This document shows positions 62,551 to 64,000 of a stretch of 64,000 nt of DNA, piece by piece. The DNA lies in contig CANQEO010000004.1 in the NCBI GenBank assembly GCA_947595215.1, positions 5,493-69,492 on the forward strand, written 5' to 3'. Under the pieces are notes generated by a model. That model searched no databases, had not been told where the DNA came from, and saw nothing but the letters and a program-made list of their open reading frames with translations. The DNA comes from an uncultured Bacilli bacterium (lineage in GTDB: Bacteria > Bacillota_I > Bacilli_A > RFN20 > CAG-449). Both the position numbers and the translations under genes were made by a program. Positions within the stretch are counted from its first letter, which is position 1; every line of letters starts with the position of its first letter.

Positions 62551-63723
62551 TTATTTTAGTTTATCTTCTAAATATTTTTTTATAATTTCAAACTTTTGAA
62601 AAGTACTTTCTATAACCAAATCCATATTATAATATTTATATTCAGCTAAACGTCCACATAAAAAGATATTATGATATTTTTTTGACTCATTGTAATATTT
62701 TTCATAAATATCCATATTAGTTTTATTTATTACAGGGTAACATGGGATATTTCTTTTGGGATTAGATATATCATAGTCATGAGGATATTCTGTTACCACT
62801 ACTGTATCCGATTTATTGGAGCAATTAAAACTAAAATATTTATATTCAGTACTTCGTGTATAGCCTTTTGCCTGCGGATAAGAAATAATCTCACACGGCA
62901 AATATTTATCACATTTATAATACTGATGCTTAAATTCTAATGTTCGATAAGGTAGCTTACCAAATTTAAAATTAAATAACTCATCTATACCACCAGTATA
63001 AATTAGCAAATCCACTTCTTCTTCATCAAAAAGCACTTTTTCATCTAAGAATCTAATATGTTCAATTGCATCAACACTAGTATGCAGGTGAATCTTTTCG
63101 TGATTTAACATATTTAAAAACAAAGCACTAAATCCGTTTTTTGGCAAAAATTGAAAATCTTTATTTAAATATCGCGAATCAAACCCAATACAAAATTGAA
63201 CTCTATTAATAACACTCCTATCAATTTGATCAATTGGGATTCCCCATTGTTTGGAACTATATGTCTTAAATGCTTTCTCATATAATAAATTTGCAAAATG
63301 TACAATGTTCTCATTTCCACACTCTAATAGTTCATACATTGTAACTCTATCTCTTCCTTTAAAAAGAGTTCTCATATCCTTAATAATCGATTCAGATTCT
63401 TTGTAACCAACAAGCTGTTGTATCGATGTAAAATTATATGGCAATCTTACATATTTATCATCGATGTAACTAAGCAAACTGCAATTGTATGGAATCATTT
63501 CAGAATATTTCGATAAATAATCAATTATCCAATAATTATTAGTATTCAAAAAATGTGGTCCATATTTTTGCACCATTATTCCATACTCATCTTCATAATC
63601 ATACATGTTGCCACCAACTACATCTCTTTTTTCAATCAGTTCCACATCATAATTTAATTCTTCAGCAATCCTTCTTGCCATTATGCTTCCAGAAAAACCA
63701 GTCCCAACAATAATAATTTTCAT
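62551..63723 (-). CDS. glf: UDP-galactopyranose mutase
   Basis: FAD-binding site IIIVGTGFSGS; 390 aa with a Glf-like layout (YGPHFLNT, YTRSTEYKYF). Confidence 0.88.
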   Translation of the reverse strand: MKIIIVGTGFSGSIMARRIAEELNYDVELIEKRDVVGGNMYDYEDEYGIMVQKYGPHFLNTNNYWIIDYLSKYSEMIPYNCSLLSYIDDKYVRLPYNFTSIQQLVGYKESESIIKDMRTLFKGRDRVTMYELLECGNENIVHFANLLYEKAFKTYSSKQWGIPIDQIDRSVINRVQFCIGFDSRYLNKDFQFLPKNGFSALFLNMLNHEKIHLHTSVDAIEHIRFLDEKVLFDEEEVDLLIYTGGIDELFNFKFGKLPYRTLEFKHQYYKCDKYLPCEIISYPQAKGYTRSTEYKYFSFNCSNKSDTVVVTEYPHDYDISNPKRNIPCYPVINKTNMDIYEKYYNESKKYHNIFLCGRLAEYKYYNMDLVIESTFQKFEIIKKYLEDKLK

Positions 63724-63747
63724 ATATCTATACTCCTAGAACATTTT

Positions 63748-64000
63748 TTAAGATGATTTACTATCAACATTAATTATTTGACCCAGTTGTTGTGCCATAT
63801 TTTCTATAGTGAAATGACTTTTAAAATAATTATATGCTTTATTTTCCAAACGAGATAAATCAATCATTCCAGTTTCAATTTTACCAATTAAATCTTGAAA
63901 ACTTTGCGAATCCTTTTTTACAATAATGCAATTTTCTCCGTCAACTGCATAATCTTTAATACATTCATTTTCGACTACAATAATCGCTTTTTCCATTTTT
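63748..64000 (-). CDS. Glycosyltransferase family 1, C-terminal fragment (the reading frame stays open to the right edge)
   Basis: C-terminal GT1 pattern (IVVENECIKDYAVDGENCIIVKKDS...). The frame is still open at base 64000. Confidence 0.5.
   Translation of the reverse strand, partial: KMEKAIIVVENECIKDYAVDGENCIIVKKDSQSFQDLIGKIETGMIDLSRLENKAYNYFKSHFTIENMAQQLGQIINVDSKSS

Noticed and set aside
1-64000. CRISPR arrays, rRNA genes, prophage or IS elements
   Set aside because: I found no short regularly spaced direct repeats. No integrase, transposase or recombinase-like translations appear in the six-frame track. No rRNA-like conserved blocks were seen.

Overview
Visibly AT-rich chromosomal segment of an endospore-forming low-GC Firmicute; spoVAC-D-E-F and dacF-spoIIAA-spoIIAB-sigF are present, but the taxon cannot be fixed by eye. 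About 1-44 kb is tightly packed, mostly minus-strand core genome. It holds the dnaK (5' end)-grpE-hrcA heat-shock operon with CIRCE, hemW, lepA, a PD-(D/E)XK nuclease-XPD/DinG helicase fusion, ppiB, glpK, cysE-cysK, rimO, an S8 protease, mnmA and dtd. It continues with the spoVA operon, dacF-spoIIA-sigF, deoC, rpmF, mtaB, rsmE, nfo, clpB (also behind tandem CIRCE), a CaCA antiporter, a LysM-GH18 cortex-lytic enzyme, tRNA-Thr(CGU), a THF riboswitch with folT, and upp. From about 44.1 kb to the right edge lies an accessory cell-surface glycan locus, all on the minus strand. It comprises an orphan OmpR-type regulator, a three-gene phosphonate cassette, an isolated membrane-protein gene, an O-acetyltransferase, Wzx flippase and Wzy-like polymerase, a complete dTDP-2,6-dideoxyhexose pathway, glf, and a truncated GT1 gene. 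The most notable observations are: (1) the phosphonate cassette is domain-for-domain Fom1/Fom2/FomC-like, predicting cytidylylated 2-hydroxyethylphosphonate, yet it sits in a glycan locus with no antibiotic-tailoring genes; (2) a natural-product-style 2,6-dideoxysugar pathway lies in the same locus; (3) a conserved 43-nt box occurs upstream of both the orphan regulator and the phosphonate operon; (4) a 236-bp perfectly identical non-coding module is duplicated upstream of the hrcA and clpB CIRCE promoters, 34.7 kb apart; (5) a promoter-to-terminator delimited non-coding unit of about 240 nt lies next to a monocistronic two-TM protein gene wedged between glycan sub-operons. No transposase, integrase, CRISPR array or rRNA was seen. 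All family assignments come from motif reading of the supplied translations, not from database searches.
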